Shown here piece by piece: positions 61,688-64,000 of a DNA stretch of 64,000 bases (positions within the stretch are counted from its first letter, which is position 1; each line of letters begins with the position of its first letter). The notes below the pieces were generated by a model. That model saw nothing but the letters and a program-made list of their open reading frames with translations, made no database searches and was not told the origin of the DNA. The position numbers and the translations under genes were made by a program. This DNA comes from Vulcanimicrobiota bacterium. Its GTDB lineage: Bacteria > Vulcanimicrobiota > Xenobia > Xenobiales > JADMJV01. The DNA is taken from the NCBI GenBank assembly GCA_050250895.1, contig JBFWNU010000011.1, forward strand, positions 1-64,000, given 5' to 3'.

Positions 61688-64000
61688 TTGTTAGTCAGAC
61701 TGCAACCAAATCTAAAAAGTCAAATGCAGTTTGGCATGTTGCGCCGCATTGAAGATTTTAACGAAGCCGACGGTTTCGAAACCGCCTTCGAACCCTCCGA
61801 CCACCTCGACAAGAGCGAAAACACCAAGCGCGCCCTGGCCATTCTGGTCGACGAAGACGTCATCACTCCGGACCTGCTCGAAGACTTCGCCAAGTCCGCC
61901 TCCAAGATCAAGCTCGACAGCTCCATTAAACCCTCCGAGTGGCGCGCCATGGCCCGCGAGCTTCGCGAAGACGGCCTGCTCGCCCCCGAGAGCATGGACA
62001 GCGTGCGCGAGTTCGCCAAAGATGTCCGCTCGCTCCACTCGGATCTACACCGCCAGTTCCGCGATTCGGGCTACGAAGACAAGAAGATCAGCCGCGAGCT
62101 CGAGAACGTCCACGTCTTCCTCCAGCACTTCGAAGAGCCCCGCAAGAAATACCTCGAAGTAGCCTCTCAGGTAGCCCTCGAAGCCGTCACTGGCGCCACC
62201 TTTGGCCCCAGCGCCGCGGTGGCCGCCTATGTCGCCTGGTCGCAGCCGACCCGCCAGCAGGTCGACGACATGCTGGTGCAGCTCGAGGCCCTCGAGACCA
62301 AGAAGAGCCCCATCGTCTGGGCCGGCAACAAAGTCAAAGGCGTCCATCAGGAAGAACTGTGGAAAGCCATGAACGAGATGCTCGACGGAGCCATCGAGTC
62401 GGCCAAGAAGGGCCAACCCGTCGAGATCAACGCCCAATATTTCGAACTCACCAGCGACGAATTTATCGGCAAACTCGCCGAAGCCGCTCAGCTGGGTTGC
62501 AAGCTCCGAATCAACATCGACCCCTCTCGTCCGGGCAACGGCGGCATGTATGGCGTGAGCGTCGACGACGGCCCCCGCAAGATGCGCGCCCTCTTGCAGC
62601 TGGCCAGTCTGCCCAACGCTGACGTGGGCGTATCGGTCTATCCCGTGCACAAGAAACTGGGCAGCCTGAGCAAGCTGATGCACCGCAAGCTGCTGCGGGT
62701 GGGCGACAAGGTCCTGCTGGGCGGCATGAACGCCAACAAGGGCTCGGGCGAGAACGTCGACGCCGGCTATATCATCGAAGGCCCGGCCGCCCGCCGCCTG
62801 ACCGAAATCTTTAGCCGCGATGTGCACGACTCGATGGGCGCTGGTTCTAGCGAGGTCTTCGGCGACGCCAACGTCGAGAAGCTGATGAACGGCAACGTCT
62901 CGTTGACGGCTTTCGGCCTGGCTCACTTGCTCGACGCTCTGGCCGGCGCCAGCCCGGCGGGCACTACCCTCGACGCCGATCCCAGCTACGCCACCCTCGA
63001 GGACCTGGCCACGAAGGCCGGCTATGATTTCCCGGAACTGGTCGACCTGTCCCAGGAAGAGCTGCAGACTCTGGTCGATAACCCGTCGAGCCGACGCAAG
63101 TCGCTACCCCTGTCGGACACCGGCAAAGAAGCCCTGGCTGCCCTCTCCGAAAAAGTATTCTCGGTCACCAACTCCGAGGCCAACAACAAGAAACTCGACG
63201 ACATCTCCTTGCCCGAGGGCAAGGTCGCCGGCAAGACTGCGGTGGGCATCGGCGACCTGCCGGCCGAACGCGAGGCCCTGGTGCTGCACGCCATCTCTGA
63301 AGCCGAAGAGTTCGTCTATATCCCGACCTTCGTCATCACCCGAGCTGTGGCCCGCGCCCTGGCTGCCCGCCAGGCTGAACTCAAAGCCAAAGGCAAGACC
63401 CTCGACGTGAAAGTCATCGCCGACGCCGGCATCTACTCCTATGGCGGCACCCCCAACACCCACGGCGTGCTCGCCCTGGAAGACGCCGGTATCGATGTGC
63501 GCTGGTCACTGCTGCCCCGCTCGACGGCCGACCACGACCGCAAGATTCATGCCAAGCAGCTGATCACCGACAAGATGGAGTTCTTCGGCAGCACCAACTT
63601 GTCCAATAAGGGCCTGACCGACAACTGGGAACTCAGCGGCCTGGTAATGTTCGACCCCGACGACCCTGACTCGATGGCCACCCGCGAGCAGAGCAAAGCC
63701 TCGTTCCTCAAGCTATGGGAGCGCGAGTCGTTCTCGCTCGACAGCCGCAAAGTGGCCGAGAAGCGCCTGGAAGAGTCGGTCGACGTGAAAGACTACGCCA
63801 TGCGCGTGGAAGAAGCTCGCCAGAGTGCGCTCAAGTCGCTGCTCTCGCGCATTCGCCAATTCGAACTCGAAAGCGCCGCCTGGATGCAGACCCAGGCCCA
63901 GGACCCGGCCGTGGAAAAGCGCCGCCAGGACAACCTCCTGGCCGGCATGGCCGAAGGCTACGCCCTGCTGAAAGCGGTCGAAGACACTCTCGGCACCGAC
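61688..64000 (+). CDS. Phospholipase D superfamily protein, 3' truncated by the window edge (absent from the ORF track)
   Basis: TTG start after AGGAGG. In-frame HRKLLRVGD..GGMN at 62681 and HAKQLITD..GSTN at 63548. Confidence 0.85.
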   Translation, partial: MLVRLQPNLKSQMQFGMLRRIEDFNEADGFETAFEPSDHLDKSENTKRALAILVDEDVITPDLLEDFAKSASKIKLDSSIKPSEWRAMARELREDGLLAPESMDSVREFAKDVRSLHSDLHRQFRDSGYEDKKISRELENVHVFLQHFEEPRKKYLEVASQVALEAVTGATFGPSAAVAAYVAWSQPTRQQVDDMLVQLEALETKKSPIVWAGNKVKGVHQEELWKAMNEMLDGAIESAKKGQPVEINAQYFELTSDEFIGKLAEAAQLGCKLRINIDPSRPGNGGMYGVSVDDGPRKMRALLQLASLPNADVGVSVYPVHKKLGSLSKLMHRKLLRVGDKVLLGGMNANKGSGENVDAGYIIEGPAARRLTEIFSRDVHDSMGAGSSEVFGDANVEKLMNGNVSLTAFGLAHLLDALAGASPAGTTLDADPSYATLEDLATKAGYDFPELVDLSQEELQTLVDNPSSRRKSLPLSDTGKEALAALSEKVFSVTNSEANNKKLDDISLPEGKVAGKTAVGIGDLPAEREALVLHAISEAEEFVYIPTFVITRAVARALAARQAELKAKGKTLDVKVIADAGIYSYGGTPNTHGVLALEDAGIDVRWSLLPRSTADHDRKIHAKQLITDKMEFFGSTNLSNKGLTDNWELSGLVMFDPDDPDSMATREQSKASFLKLWERESFSLDSRKVAEKRLEESVDVKDYAMRVEEARQSALKSLLSRIRQFELESAAWMQTQAQDPAVEKRRQDNLLAGMAEGYALLKAVEDTLGTD

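Noticed and set aside
9755-62926. Long antisense ORFs (e.g. 9755..10783, 25573..26943, 36388..37515, 44818..46230, 47641..49461, 62045..62926)
   Set aside because: Shadow frames of well-supported genes, typical of high-GC codon bias.

Overview
GC-rich bacterial chromosomal window. The gene style suggests Candidatus Eremiobacterota/Vulcanimicrobiota, but that is inference only. The left 16.5 kb (minus strand) holds a type I-G (I-U) CRISPR-Cas locus: the leader end of the array, cas2, cas4/1, cas3 fused to a Cas8g-like extension, csb2 and csb1. A nurA-herA-sbcD-sbcC operon lies directly upstream. The 790-bp gap between them is the most interesting part. It contains a degenerate CRISPR repeat followed by a guide whose first 11 nt match a TTC-PAM-flanked site 60 bp downstream, on top of a promoter. 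That promoter precedes a 58-aa YjzC-like ORF absent from the ORF track, and then the cas operon. This is a candidate CreA/CreR-type Cascade-repressed module. A TGACA-N5-TGTCA palindrome occurs upstream of both the cas and DNA-repair operons. The rest of the window includes an atypical tRNA-Pro(UGG), a kinase/GAF-PilC/pilin/FHA-GGDEF cluster, and an HNH gene beside a 2-kb mosaic palindromic repeat array. It also has a tricorn protease, two PqqD/twin-arginine/Cys-rich proteins, two unrelated large proteins sharing a register-identical C-terminal motif, several possible effector-like enzymes with a shared N-terminal motif, and housekeeping/signalling genes. A PLD gene runs off the right edge. Family assignments come from motif recognition, not database searches.
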